Shown here in pieces: positions 48,205-60,940 of a stretch of DNA of 64,000 nucleotides. The stretch is from Felis catus. Its lineage: Eukaryota. A program made the position numbers and the translations under genes. The stretch lies in NCBI RefSeq assembly GCF_018350175.1, contig NC_058369.1, forward strand, positions 22,756,001 through 22,820,000. The letters are read 5' to 3'. Within the stretch, counting starts at the first letter, position 1. Each line of letters starts with the position of its first letter. Under the pieces are notes generated by a model. The model saw nothing but the letters and a program-made list of their open reading frames with translations, was not told the origin of the DNA and did no database searches.

Positions 48205-49170
48205 TTGAATAAGAGTCCCTGAATCCACTCTAATAAGATGTAAATAAACAAGAAGATATAAATAGATAGGTAGATACATAAATAAATGATAAGGGAAAGC
48301 TTTTACAGTAGAATACCAACTAATAAATATAGAAGAAATAGTGGAGATAGAAGATTATTCAGGCAGGAATCTTTAATGGATGCTAAACCTAGTATGGAAG
48401 AGTTTGATGAAGAACAGAATATTGACAATTTCAAAGTATCTGCCCACAAATTACTTACTAATTACAAAGAGGAATATAGCAACTTTACATGGAGAAACCT
48501 GGCAGACACTTCCTTAAACAGGTAATCAAAATTAATATCACTGATGACAAGACAAAGGGACATCAAGTGCCTCCAGATGTGTGTTGAGCCTTAGGACAGC
48601 ATCCCTATGTAGAATTCTTGCCCAGAATGTATAACCTGAATCTAATTATAATAAAACATAAGACAAATCTAGATTGGGGAATATTCTACAAAGCAACTGG
48701 CTAGACTATTCAAAAATTCCAAGGTCAAGAAAGACAAAGAGGGGCGCCTGGGTGGCTCAGTAGTTTTAAGTGTCTGACTCTTGATTTTGGCTCGGGTCAT
48801 GATCTCATGGTTCATGGGTTCGAGCCCTGCATTGGGCTCTGCACTGATGGTATGGAGACTGCTTGGGATTCTCTCTCTCCCTCTTGCTCTGCCCCACCCC
48901 TGCTCGCTCTCTCTCTTGCTCTCTCTCTCTCTCTCTCAAAATAAATAAACATGAGAAAAAAAAAGACAAACATTGAGGACTTGTTCCAGACTAAAGGACA
49001 CGAAAGACACATGACAATGAAATGCAATGCTTGATCCTAAATTAGATTCAGAACCCAGAAGCAAAGATTTGAAAATGGACCCTGCATTAGGTGATAATAA
49101 TGTATCAATTTTCTGTTGAATTTTCTGATTTCTGTGTATTGTGCTTATGTAAGAGAATGTCCTTTTCTTG
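48205..49170 (+). mobile_element. Old L1 (L1MC4/5-like) 3'UTR, interrupted by a SINE
   Basis: acagtagaataccaactaataaatatagaag...ggagaaacctggcagacac...taacctgaatctaat...catgacaatgaaatgcaatg...gtaagagaatgtcctt. Confidence 0.8.
48741..48961 (+). mobile_element. CAN-SINE (ctcttgattttgg variant); TSD aaagacaaa
   Basis: ggggcgcctgggtggctcagt...ctctcaaaataaataaac; TSD at 48730-48738 and 48962-48970. Confidence 0.93.
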
Positions 49171-49575
49171 AGTTTTTCTGGAGCAAACATTTGCACCCAC
49201 TGGTCCAAGAAATGAGTTTGTAGGAGAGTGAAAAAGATTATTGGAAGTCAGGACTAGTTTGGAAAATCTGGTGTTGATGGCTCATACAGTCAATTTTATT
49301 CTGAGATCAGTTGTCTACAAGACACGAGTGGGCAAGAGAGGGAATAATTTAATGACTTGAGAGGGTTATTTATCCTTCAGCAGAGAACAAATGTTGTGTG
49401 GTTTAGGTCAACTAACCTAGAGACACTCTTTTTTGTCCCTTGAAAGCTAGTGTTCCCTTCAAGAGTGCTCTGACTTCCTATTAGGAAGCTTTATAGTGGA
49501 ATTCTGGTGTAGCAAACAGATTCCCTTGTCAAATGTGGTGCTGTAAGGATAAATGCAGCATTGGCATCTCTTTTC

Positions 49576-49602
<27 letters not shown>
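49576..49602 (+). repeat. Pure A27 tract with no SINE/L1 body
   Basis: Read directly from the sequence. Confidence 0.95.
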
Positions 49603-49606
<4 letters not shown>

Positions 49607-52600
49607 GACCGAGAAAAGAGCCTTTAGAGTGTTACAGTTTTTGTTCTCTTGGGAACAAAGAAGGGGAGCCCAGTTTTTCCTCCCTTGGTCATATGTTTTG
49701 TATAAGGTACAACAGAAATATTAGGGGCTACATTTGTGGTCTGAACTAGAGTAGAGGTTAAAAAAAATCTGTCAGTATTACAGAGTATCATTTACTACCT
49801 GGACCTCAGACCTTGGTGAAATCTCTGGCTCAGAGTAAACCATGTGTGCTTTTGCGAGAACCTATAAGAGAGAGGCCTTTGAGAAAATGGATGTGCATGG
49901 AAGAATGTGTGTCTTCTGAGATGAAGGTTTTGAAGCCGGGAAGCTTCAGTGCTACTAAGTGCAGGTCTTAACAGCTTGGATGTCAGCCTTGTTGCTATCA
50001 CCGAGGTAGCAGGTCCGTGTACGGGCTCTGGGTTTATAGCTACGACAGTCCATTAGAGCTGATCAATTGTTAATCTGGGTTCCACTGACCTCTTGGCAAC
50101 CCCTGCCAGTGGATTGTTTTTATCAAAAAAATTTCAGACTATTATCTGCTCACAGTGAGATAATGCTAAGGACGTCCCTGTGCTATTAGCTCAGGAAGAG
50201 CAGAGGGAGCTGGGGGGTCTGTTTTCCTACGGAAAAAATAAAAGTGCTTTTGTGAAATTTCCTCAACTTTGTAGCTTCAAGTTGTAGCTCCCTCCTCTTT
50301 GTTCCCTACATAGAAAAGAAGTGATAAGGTCTGCCTCTTATTTCAGGTTAAATTGGAGCCTTTGCCTCGTTGCACCATTCAGGAGCTTTGGAAGTGAAGA
50401 GTTTGTTTTCCATTGGTAGAATCATCAAAAATTACCACAAGAAAGTCATGTGTCTTTTATTGTCAGGATTTTATTTTTCATTTAAATTTTGTCTTACAGT
50501 TTCTCTAGAAGTTTAACATTTTTCTCATGGGCTTATGGCCTTCACATCATCAGTGTTCTTTGTAAGGTCTGTAAACATAGAGTTAACCGTTCTTGACAAA
50601 AACTGTACTGGGGCAACAGGTAAAATACAATGTTGGAAGGGTAGCATGTGTGAACAGCCCACAATGCAGTGCCCTCCATGGAAACCAGACCTGCCTGGTC
50701 GTCTTAAGTGGCTGGAAAACTTGACTGTTGACACTGGGGTCAGTTCAGCCCTCTGGCTTGTCCCTCTCTATGGGAGGCCTGTGGGTTCTAGATGGGTCTT
50801 ATCTTGGTTTTGTCCTTTATTCTCTGGTATCTCTCCCTTTGGGCAACTTATAATTGATATGAACAGAGGCTGTGTTAAAATGGCATCTTTGCTTTTTTAT
50901 TTTGTGCTTTGAATTAACATAGGTTTTTTTTTTTAAATATAAAGCTTACATGAGGTTGATAATTATAATGTGAAGAGTTGAAGAAAAGAACCTGTGTCTT
51001 AATTATCACATGTGATTATTGTAGTGTTTCATTATTTTGATGCCAAACCCAACTGGAGTTGGGGAGAGAGTGGTGGGAGCAGACCCTAGGCCGGGTTATC
51101 CTAGCTACTAATGAATTTCCAGAAAACTAGGTCTACATATATAGTAGAACTTGGAGAGAATGCTTCTCCCCAACCTTGCTTACTCTTTCTTTTTGGGTTT
51201 TTCCATTGGCAGCGAAGAAGATGGAAAAAAAAAGTCCTTTTGACAGTTTACTAAAAACCTGCTTATCTTTGAACCGCAAACATATTTTCTTTGAAAGCTG
51301 TCTCCAATAAGTGCCAATTGCACAGAGCTGGTGCACAGCAGAAAAAAAAAAATGTGGTTTTGAATTGTGTATCCTGCAGAAGCCTTTTCCATTGCAAAGT
51401 TTTCTATAATAATTTTTCTTTGTTATTTTGTAAGTAATAGGAAAATAAAAAGCCTGGTGATATGCAGAAGGATAACAAAAGTGTAAGTGGGAAGGAACTG
51501 GGGAACGGAGTGTCTTGAACGTCCCTCCTTATCATCCTCAAGCCTCAGACACCTACCTTGCAAACACCGTGGACTGACTTCAACGTTGGGGTGAGGGATT
51601 TGGAGTGGGAAGGATGCAAAGACCATGAGGGGAAATCTCCCAGCGGTTGGGCTGGTGGGACGCCAGCCTCCATACTTGTGGGGCCGCTTCCCACGGCCAC
51701 CTCCTGGCCACCCCTGGTGCAGCATGCGGTCCCTGCTGAGGGAGACCCAGGTGAAGGACGGGGGCCCCTTTGGGAGCCCCAACATCCTCTGCTGTAGGCC
51801 ACCTGTGTCACCATTCACTGGGAGGAGGAAGCCGTTCCTGGAAAGGATTAGGAAGGGCAGTGGAGCAGCAGGGCAGACCTGTCCTTTTCCCTGACAGTCT
51901 TTCCCTGCTGGCCAGTGAGGCATTGCCCTGGGGAAACCTGCACGTTGTGGACGCAAGCCAAGGATGGCTTTAGTGGAAGTTCTTCCCGAGCGGAGGAAAT
52001 CACAGTCCTCACGGGCTTTTACAGTTATTCCTGACAAGCCCCAGTCTATCCTCATCCTTTTTGCCTGAGCAAGGGGTTGGCTCCTTGCAGAGGGAGGAGG
52101 TGGAGCACAGAAGCCCAGGCCCTGGAATTAGAAAATGGTGCTTTTCATAGAGGTAGCGAATTGACTTTCTGTGCATAAGCAAGAAGGAGAGGGGTCACAT
52201 CTATAGGAAAATAAATGAAAACAGAAGGAGATTTTCACACTTCCTATTAAAATAAGTGTTCCCCCCCACCTCCGCCACTTTTTTCTGATCTAACTTCTGA
52301 GAACATGCCTATTGTTTTTTTTTTCTTTCTTTTTATCAGCTTGGCAGGGGGTCACAGTCTGCATTTTAAGATATTACATTGGGATGTTTCTTAGGGGCCA
52401 CATGTCATTTATGCACAAGACTGATGTGTAAATAGTTTCCCAAGAATCCTTAAATGTGAACATTCTAAAATCAAAGTCACTCTGTGTACACAATTGTATT
52501 TGTTCATTTGGTTAGAACGTTATGACTTTACATAAGGTCAGGGCATGATTGAGCTTTGTGTTAATCAGTTGTCTGGTAGTCACATGTTATGCACAGGACC

Positions 52601-53485
52601 CCGCCTGTTGGTCATGTGGAAGTGGAAGAAGAGGTGGCAGGTGGAGCCTCAGCTTGACCCAACACAGAGATCCTTGGCTTAGAGATCTTGAAACGTAGGT
52701 TCTAGTAGTTCTTGTCTACCCAGACCATTTACATGCTCAAAGATCTGCTACTGTGGTCTCTTTGCTCATCCATGAAATGATGTACTTGTAAGGTCTAGAT
52801 GATTTCTAAGATTTCATCCATCTCTCGTGGGCTGTGATAATTCAATAAGTAATTGTCCATAACCTCCTCTGTGTCAGGCACTGTGCTATGCATATGGCCA
52901 CAAGTGCTAAGCCGATGCTGTCCCTGTTCTCACATAACTCACCATCTAACAGCAGTGACTGATATTAAAACTGTGGTGACATAAATAATTATTACATTTG
53001 AATCTGATAAATGACATGAAAGAGAAGTACAGGGCATTATCGCAGTGTACAGCTAGCAGACCTCCCCAAATCTGTGCACCTAGTTCAAGGGACCTTGGAG
53101 CAAAGACTCATCCAAGAGTGGGCCTTGATTGAGTGGAGATTCAAGGTTTGCCTCCATCACAGCTAGAAGAAATGTCTCCAGACACAGAGAACCCATAATA
53201 TCTTTATTTTCCATAAGTGCAAAATTAAAATTATTTGATCTGTTTTCCATATAATAATTTTTCTCACTTCTGAACTCTGATGATACTTTATTTTTGCCTC
53301 TTTTTTGATGCTTACCATTTTCTGTTCTGTTAATTTTATTCACATATGTCTATTTTTTGCTTAATTTAACATTTAGGACTGAGTACAGGACTGGGTACAT
53401 GTTAGACCCTGTTCTAGGTTGCGGGACTTCCACAAACTGAGATGTGACCCTTAGAACCCAGGAAAATTCTAATTTATCTTTTTAA

Positions 53486-53510
53486 ATGTATGCATGTGTA
53501 TGTATGCATA

Positions 53511-53548
<38 letters not shown>

Positions 53549-53551
53549 ATG
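53486..53551. repeat. (TG)n/(TATG)n microsatellite
   Basis: Read directly from the sequence. Confidence 0.93.
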
Positions 53552-53554
53552 GTT

Positions 53555-55020
53555 GCTATAAGGATTACAGTGAACATCCTTAAGTGTACAGTGTATCTAG
53601 ACTTAGTGTATGAAGTACCACTTTACCTGGAAAAAGAACTTTTCACCAGTGTAATTCTACTTAACTACCATTCTTTATGGTATTATCATGTATTGTACTT
53701 CTATGTGTTATAAATACCATAATAAATGTTATTTTTGTTTTGCTTTATTTTTGGTTTAATCAGCTATTTCCAAAAAAAAATTAAATAAGAAGAAAGATAG
53801 CAATATATTTACCCACACATTTTCCATTTCTGGCACTCTTCATTCCTTCCAATGGATTTGAGTTTCCATCTGTTATCATCTTCAGGCTGAAGAACCTCTT
53901 TTAGCTTTTTTTAATTAAAAAAAATTTCTTTTTTTGCATTGCAGGTCTGGGAGCCACAACTTCTCTCAGCTTTTGTTCATCTGAAAATATCTTTATTTCA
54001 CCTTCAGTTTTGAAGGGCAATTTTGCTGGTTATAGAATTTTTATTTACATTTTTTTTAGCACTTTGAAGATATAATCCCATTTTATTCTGATCTTTAATG
54101 TTTTAATGATATGTCAGCCATCATTTTTATCTTTATTTTTTATCTTTTTTATCTATTTTTATCTTTATTCCTCTATACAGTAAGTCATTTTTCTTTGCTA
54201 CTTTCATGACTTTTCTCCTTATCTTTGATTTTCAGTATACTGTATAGTATGATAAGTTAATGATGTTTCTAGATGTGATTTTCTTTGTATTTATTCTCCT
54301 TGGAGTTTCCTGAGACTGTTAAATATTGTCACCATGTTTGAAAAATTTTTAACAATGTTTTCTTCAAAATTTTACTTACCCCATTCTCTTTACATTTCCT
54401 CCTAGAACTTAAGTCACATCTATATTGGATTGCTTAATATTGTCCACAGGTCATGATAGCTTTTTTTATCATTTGTTTCCAACCCATGTTCTATTAATTA
54501 GTCTCCAGGTTCACTAACCCTTTCTTCTGTATTCTCTAATCTGCTGTCAAACTCTTTCATCGATTTTATATGTTGTATGTTTAGTTCAAGAATTATCTTT
54601 TTTTTTAATTTTTAAGTTTATTTTGAGAGAGAAAGAGAGAGCATACAAGTGGAGGATGAACAGAGAGAGAGGGAGAGAGAATCCCAAGCAGCTCCACACT
54701 TTCAGTGCTAAAATCAAGAGTTGGATGCTTAACCAACTGAGCCACCCAGGTGCCCCAGTTTGAGGATTTTCACGAAATCTTTTTTATAATTTCTCTTTCC
54801 TGCTGAAATTCCTAATCTATGCATTGATTATAGTCATGTTGTTGTTTTATTTAAGTCCTTAAACATACCTAAGAGCTGTTTTAAATTTCTTTGGTAATTC
54901 CAGCACCTGAGTCATTTCTGTTGACTCCTTTTTTCTTTTGAAGTGAGGGTTTTTTCCTCCCTTATTCATGTGTCTGGTGATTTTTCATTGTATGCTGGAC
55001 ATCATAATTATATCTTTGAT
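53555..55020 (-). mobile_element. Old L1M internal (ORF1-region) fragment
   Basis: ttctggcactcttcattccttc...gcaggtctgg...ttctctcagcttttgttcatctgaaaatatctttatttcaccttcagttttgaagg...gctggttatagaatt; strongly T-rich. Confidence 0.7.
54598..54756 (-). mobile_element. CAN-SINE with internal deletion (B-box region missing), nested in the old L1
   Basis: ...gctccacactttcagtgc joined directly to taaaatcaagagttggatgcttaacc...caggtgcccc. Confidence 0.88.
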
Positions 55021-56737
55021 TTTTATAAATTTTCTCATCATAACTTAATTCGATCCATGTGGTAGGTGTTCTAAAAATAGCAAATTTATTGATTTTGATT
55101 AAATTAGTAGGAAACACTTATTGAAGAGATGAAGAGACAAAATTATATATCATTATATAGCAGGAAAGCCTCCAGTGATTTGATATTCTGTATTCTAACA
55201 TCACCTAAACAGTGAGTACAACGACTTCTTTGTTCCAAAAGTACCACACAAGATCATTTTCTAGCTGAAAGAATAAGTGCATTTTTGTTGATAAAATTAA
55301 ACTGTAAATTTTGTTTCTCAAAACCTTATCATTTTTATAGCTTAATTATCTTAGTACAATTATGTGTTGTAAATCCAAATAAAGGTGTTAATATTAATAA
55401 ATTTAAAGACAAAAAAATGCAACTCAGTAGCAAAAATAATTGGTTTTGTTTGACCAGTCATCTTACTTTATAGATCAGAGGGGGAAAATTGCATTATTTG
55501 CTCCTTTCAAAGTTATTTTTTATTTGCATGTACATTTCCATATTAGTGACCTTCTTTTTTCTTTGCTAGTTATGTGTTTAGAAACTCTGGGTCTTTAATT
55601 TAATTTCATTAACAATCTAGTAAAATGCCTGTGTGTTTTCCTCATTGTCCTAGTTTTCCTTGTTACAACATTCTTTTTTTCTATCATGACCATCTATATC
55701 TCAAATTGTAGGTAATAATGGTTATAGAAATGTGAATTATTGCTTTTGAGAGCACTTTCTTTCATACCGAAGTCATTGGTTCTTTTGTGATTCTTTCAAC
55801 TTTTGGATTTTCTCAACTGGCATTTCTCAAAGCTGGGAATATTTACTTAAGATAAATATTTGTTTAAGACACATTTGTTTTAAATAATATATTTTAAACA
55901 CATGAAACACCACCAGTTTAAATTTTATTGACCATTCCAATTTACGAATACTTTTAAAATTTAGTTAATTATTTTCACATGCACAATCTGATTGTGGTGT
56001 TTCAGACATCAGCCAGTTTGGCTAAAGGGGACATTTTGGGACACTAGGGCCACCTTGGTATATCCACAATAATGTTAGGTAGACACTTGGTGGTTCTGTT
56101 AATCATAATATTCAGAGTCCCACAGAACATTTACAGAAACCTTAGTGTCTTTCATTAAGATAGCTAACTGCAGAGGTCATTGGCAGAACCCAGAAATTAT
56201 TTTGGATCTTTCTCCAGAAAATTCTTTGGCAGCAGTGGCAGTGTCCTTAGGTTGCTGATTTTTCACCAAGGATCTTTGTGGTCTAGGCATTTGGCAACTG
56301 CTATCGATTTTTTAAAGTAAAACTTGAACTTGGTGGCAATCCAGAAAGTAGGCAACTCAACAGAAATTTTCTAATCTCACTTAAGCCTGTTGATTAAGCA
56401 CCTAATGTATACACAGGTGAATTAATTCTCACCTTTTATACTTTCAGGTTAGTTTGTGATGTGGTTTTCATAATGCATACAACATGGATGGATTTCCCTT
56501 ATGTATATGTTTCTAACAATATCAGTAAAGTTATGTTTAATGGTTTCTATTAAATCCTTATATCTTATTAAGAGATTTTTTTTTTCATTTCATAAGTTTC
56601 TGGGTCAGAATTTACCAGAATTTATCAAAGGATATGGTAATCCAAATTCTTCAAATTGAAATTTCTTACATGACTGACAACTTTAGGACATTTCTCCTTG
56701 CTGGTTAATAAACATGAGTAGAATATATTAACTATGA

Positions 56738-56965
56738 TAAGAATAATAGACACAAGTATGTATTAAGTGCAGGCACTGGCTTAAGTGCTTAACAGGCATT
56801 ATTTCATTTATTTTCCTTTCCATGATTCTGTGAGTTAGATACTGTTATGATCTCTGTTTAATATATGGAGAACCAAGATTGAGAGATGACGTGATGTGTC
56901 CATGGTTTTACAACAGTGAGTGAGTGAGCCAGAATTCATACCCAAGTCTGATGGCTCTAAAGACC
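56738..56965 (-). mobile_element. MIR relic
   Basis: caggcactggcttaagtgctt...ctgtgagttagatactgttatgatctctgtttaatatatggagaaccaag...gagccagaattcatacccaagtctg. Confidence 0.7.
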
Positions 56966-58703
56966 AGTAAGTTATGTGGGGTTATGGAGCCACAGGTTTT
57001 AATATTGACCTTAATTTTCACTGGACAAAATCTTGTAAGACAACAAATTTAAGATGAAAGTTATCATGGGTTATTGAAAAGGTCTGTCAAATTCTTCAAA
57101 AAGAAATACTTTAGAGTGGTAAATTCTGACCCAGAAACTTATGAAATGAAAAAAAATCTCTTAATAAGATATAAGGATTTAATAAAAATGATCAAACATA
57201 ACTTTACTGATATTGTTAGAAACATATACATAAGGGAAATCCTTCCTCACCTGGAAATTAGATCTATCCTCTGCACAGTAACCACTGTGACCTTTTAAGA
57301 TGTAAATAGGGTCAATACATATTAGCTTAGTACGCTTACACTGTTCTCATACTTAGAATACAAAATGAGCTCTCCATGTACCTACAGAGTACTACACACT
57401 CTACTCGAGATGTGCATTAACAGGCACCTCCAGAAAAACATGAGCTCCATGAGGGCAGGCACCTGACTTGTGGTTGATGTCCACAAGTACTGATTAGAAT
57501 TAATTGAAATTTCTAATGGTAATATAATTACTAAAATCCACAGCTGACTGGTGATCACTAGGCTTGTGCATTCTTAGTAATTCTTGAAGCTGTCATCTGT
57601 TTATTTTCATTGGAAAGAAATTTGGTCCTTTCTTCAAATAAATACTAATGGCTTGACCAGAAGTGATTTAATTATTGCTGTAATATTCAAAGATGTTTTC
57701 ATATATTAATGGCAGCCATTTATTGAAAGAGTTGGCTTTTGATATCACTTGTAATAAATTCATGAATTTGCTAATTTTCCTCATGCAAATAATAGTTTTC
57801 TGCCATTCAATATGTGGTTACAAATATATGAATATGCTAATGAAGTATAAACTAGACAATTCTATTTATTGAATATTGTATTAAATGAATACTTACCAAG
57901 TTATTTTATTAAACAGGTATGTACTTGTAGAAAAACATGTTTAAAATTGGAAACGAGAAAATTTAGAAGGGAAACATGCTCTTAAAACTTGGGTTTCCTC
58001 TTTGAAAAGGAAATCATCTGAATCTTTGTGTCTACCAGAAAGTGAACTTCTAACATTATCATCTCCTTGGAATACCTGTAATAGCTGTAACAGTCAGCCA
58101 GCCCCTCATGAAAAATCCTAGATCTCGTTGCACTTGTCCATAGCAAATAAAATAGCAATGAAATAAATAAATAAAATTGAAAACAAAACAACCTTTCTCA
58201 TGCTGGGGTAGTCATTAATGGTGGGAAAAAAATATTCTTCCTTTAAGTATTTCATTAGGTAGCCAGCAGCCTGGAAGTTTTGCTCATCAGCTGTGTGACC
58301 TTGGGAAAGTCATGTGTCCTGCCAGACCTCATGTTACTCCGTGTCACTGGGGACAGGGGTATTGCTGGCTTGATTTTCCTTCCTGATCTAGAACTACCTA
58401 GGTCAATAAGGTTGTGACATTTGACATGAGAAGGATAGCAATCATTTGTCCTTAGGTTGCATGCTCATTCTTTTAGGGAATCCAGCAACTTCTAAGCATA
58501 ACCATTGTTGTAAGGGAAACATCTCTGAGATTAAAATTCTTTTTCTTGTTTTTCCTCCTTCTAAATAGATACAAACTTTGTACTTTAAACTTGAAAAAGG
58601 GAGAAATTTCAAGAAAAGATAGCTTGATTGGATTATTTCCAGATGCCCCCATAAATAATTTAATTATGTTAGATTTAAAGAGGTTCTTATGAGTGATATC
58701 CTT

Positions 58704-58926
58704 TGTGTGTGTGTATATGTGTGTGTATGTATGAGCACGTGTGTGCAAGTGTATGTGTGTATGCATGTATGTATGCATGTGCGATTGCATGTATGTATGT
58801 GTGGTATGCGTGTGCATTTGTGTGTGTGTATTTGTATATATGTTTGTATACTGGGTATGCATGTGTGTATGTATATGTGCACATGTGCATGTATGCATGT
58901 GTATGTGTGTGTGTGTGGGGGGGGGG
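58704..58926. repeat. Degenerate (TG/TATG/TGCA)n low-complexity tract followed by G10
   Basis: About 210 bp of near-continuous purine-pyrimidine alternation. Confidence 0.95.
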
Positions 58927-60789
58927 ATTTTAGGAACCTAACTGTGGAACCGAAATGACTTGCTTCACTCCACCTTAGTTTTCTGTAGAGTTAAAGAAAT
59001 TCAGAACCAAATCAAACTCTGACATATTTGGAAGTGATTATGTTGTGCATATGAATGTGTTCATAATTTATGCTTCTTCCGAAAAGGTTTCAGGTGGCTG
59101 AGAACATACAACCACCACGAAGAAAACTTTTTTCTAGGTTTTAGAAGCTTTTGTCATCATTCTACATCATGAGATTGGCTGACATGTAGTGGTAGTTCTG
59201 ATTCAAGGAAGCAAGAATGGAGAGGAGGAGAAGGATTTACATTTTCATAGTAATATTCTCTGAAACTCAGGTCAAGAGCACAATGAGCCACAGCCTACTT
59301 TCATCTGGTCAAAATGCTTTTTTGATTATGAGGAAATAAAAGAAGGTTCATATTATCTGACGATTAAGAATCTGGATGAGCTGTCCAGAGAATGTCTTCT
59401 AAAGGCTGAAAGACACTGGTTTGAGTCTTGGCTTTTTTCCCTTACTAGTGATGAGACCAAGGGCAAATTCCTTAGCCTGTTGGACTCTTAGTTTCTTCTT
59501 CTGCATAATTCGGTTGGTGATACTCTCCTTAAGGGCGTCAAACTTCCATAGGGGTTTAGACCACACGAGGTATTTAGCACCTGTCTAGTACAGAAGATGA
59601 TCCCAGTTTGGGGTAACTGTTGGCATCGTTGTGATTATTATTTTGACCAATACTCTTGAAATGCAGAGAAATTAATCCCACTTGTAATTGCATATGTAGC
59701 CTCTGCCTCCTTTGAGGACCATGAGCTCTGTGAGGCAGATACCACATCTGTTTTCCAGCATTATGATTGGGCTAAGGCACACAGCTGGCACTCAGTAAAT
59801 ATCTGAAGAGTGACTGACTGGGGGAGAAAAATGAAGGATCATCTCAAGAGTTAGATACCCATTAGGAAGGAGGTTAAAAGCATCACTTGGCAAAGAGAAA
59901 AAATGCAGTGCTGCTGGAATTGGTAGTAACTTTGCAGCAGGAAGGCTGCCCAGGCTTAGAATCTGAGCCATTTCCAGCCTCTTTGGGAGGCTGGTGAGTC
60001 ACAGGATTGGGTGTTTTGTGTCCACCCAGGGGCTGAACTCAGATCACCTTTGGCCATACCTGTGCCCTCCTGGGTATGCATGGCGGATAGTCAGAAGCAG
60101 GGAGAGCAAAAGACGTGGAACAATATCCCTTTGTAATCATCAGCCGGTTTTGGAGCACGAGGCTAACTAATTGCGCAGTTTGGTTTCATTGTTGTCTAAA
60201 CAAGTTTCTTTACATGTCAGATGAGAAACAAACAGGAGACTGCTGCTAGGACATATTTTATATTCCTGTTCTAGTTTCATTAATAGCTCTAAAGGAAATC
60301 TCTCTTGTAATTACCTTGAGTATTCTGTCTTCATTATTAAATACCAGCCATTTTTTATATCCTACACCTCTTTTTGACTCTCTGTGCCAAATTTTTCTGT
60401 GACCTTCTAAATAAAAAAACGACATTGAACTATAGAGCAGGTGGTTTTCTGGGAGCATGCCTTTCTCATTTAAATTTCCAGAAGCACCACCATGCTCTTA
60501 AAAATGTCTCTAGCAGGGACAGATGTCTGGAATCTATGGCTTTATTTATTTCACTTCAGAGACAACATTAACTATCAGGTTAATAAACTCAGCAAAATTC
60601 TCTTTAGTTGGGAGCCACCTAAATGGACTTTGTGTGTCTCTTATGTCATAACCTCAACTGCAGGTTTTAACCTTGAATCTCAATCACACCCCCTGCCAGG
60701 TCCACATCCTGCCTCAGGATATCATTCCAGAGGAGTCACAGGATCTTGACTCAGAGTAAGAGGTGTGCCTTAAACTTTAGCCTGTTGGG

Positions 60790-60940
60790 TGAGGTAACGT
60801 TTGGGGGAGGTTGGTGTTATTATTGCTTCCACTTCATGAATGATAGAACTGACGGTTAGAAAAGTTAAATAAATTACCCGGTTACATGGGACGATGTGGT
60901 GGACCTAGGGTCGGAAATTAACTGGTTTTGATTCCATGAA
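60790..60940 (-). mobile_element. MIR relic
   Basis: gtgttattattgcttccacttcatgaatgatagaactgacggttagaaaagttaaataaattacccggttacatgg. Confidence 0.55.

Noticed and set aside
51423..52055. Longest ORF (210 aa, minus strand) and overlapping ORFs
   Set aside because: No recognisable domain, G/P/R-rich in a locally GC-richer patch, no poly(A)/TSD retrocopy hallmarks. BLASTP/PhyloCSF would settle it.
58473..58958. His/Thr- and Cys/Val-rich ORFs
   Set aside because: Artefacts of the TG/CA low-complexity repeat.
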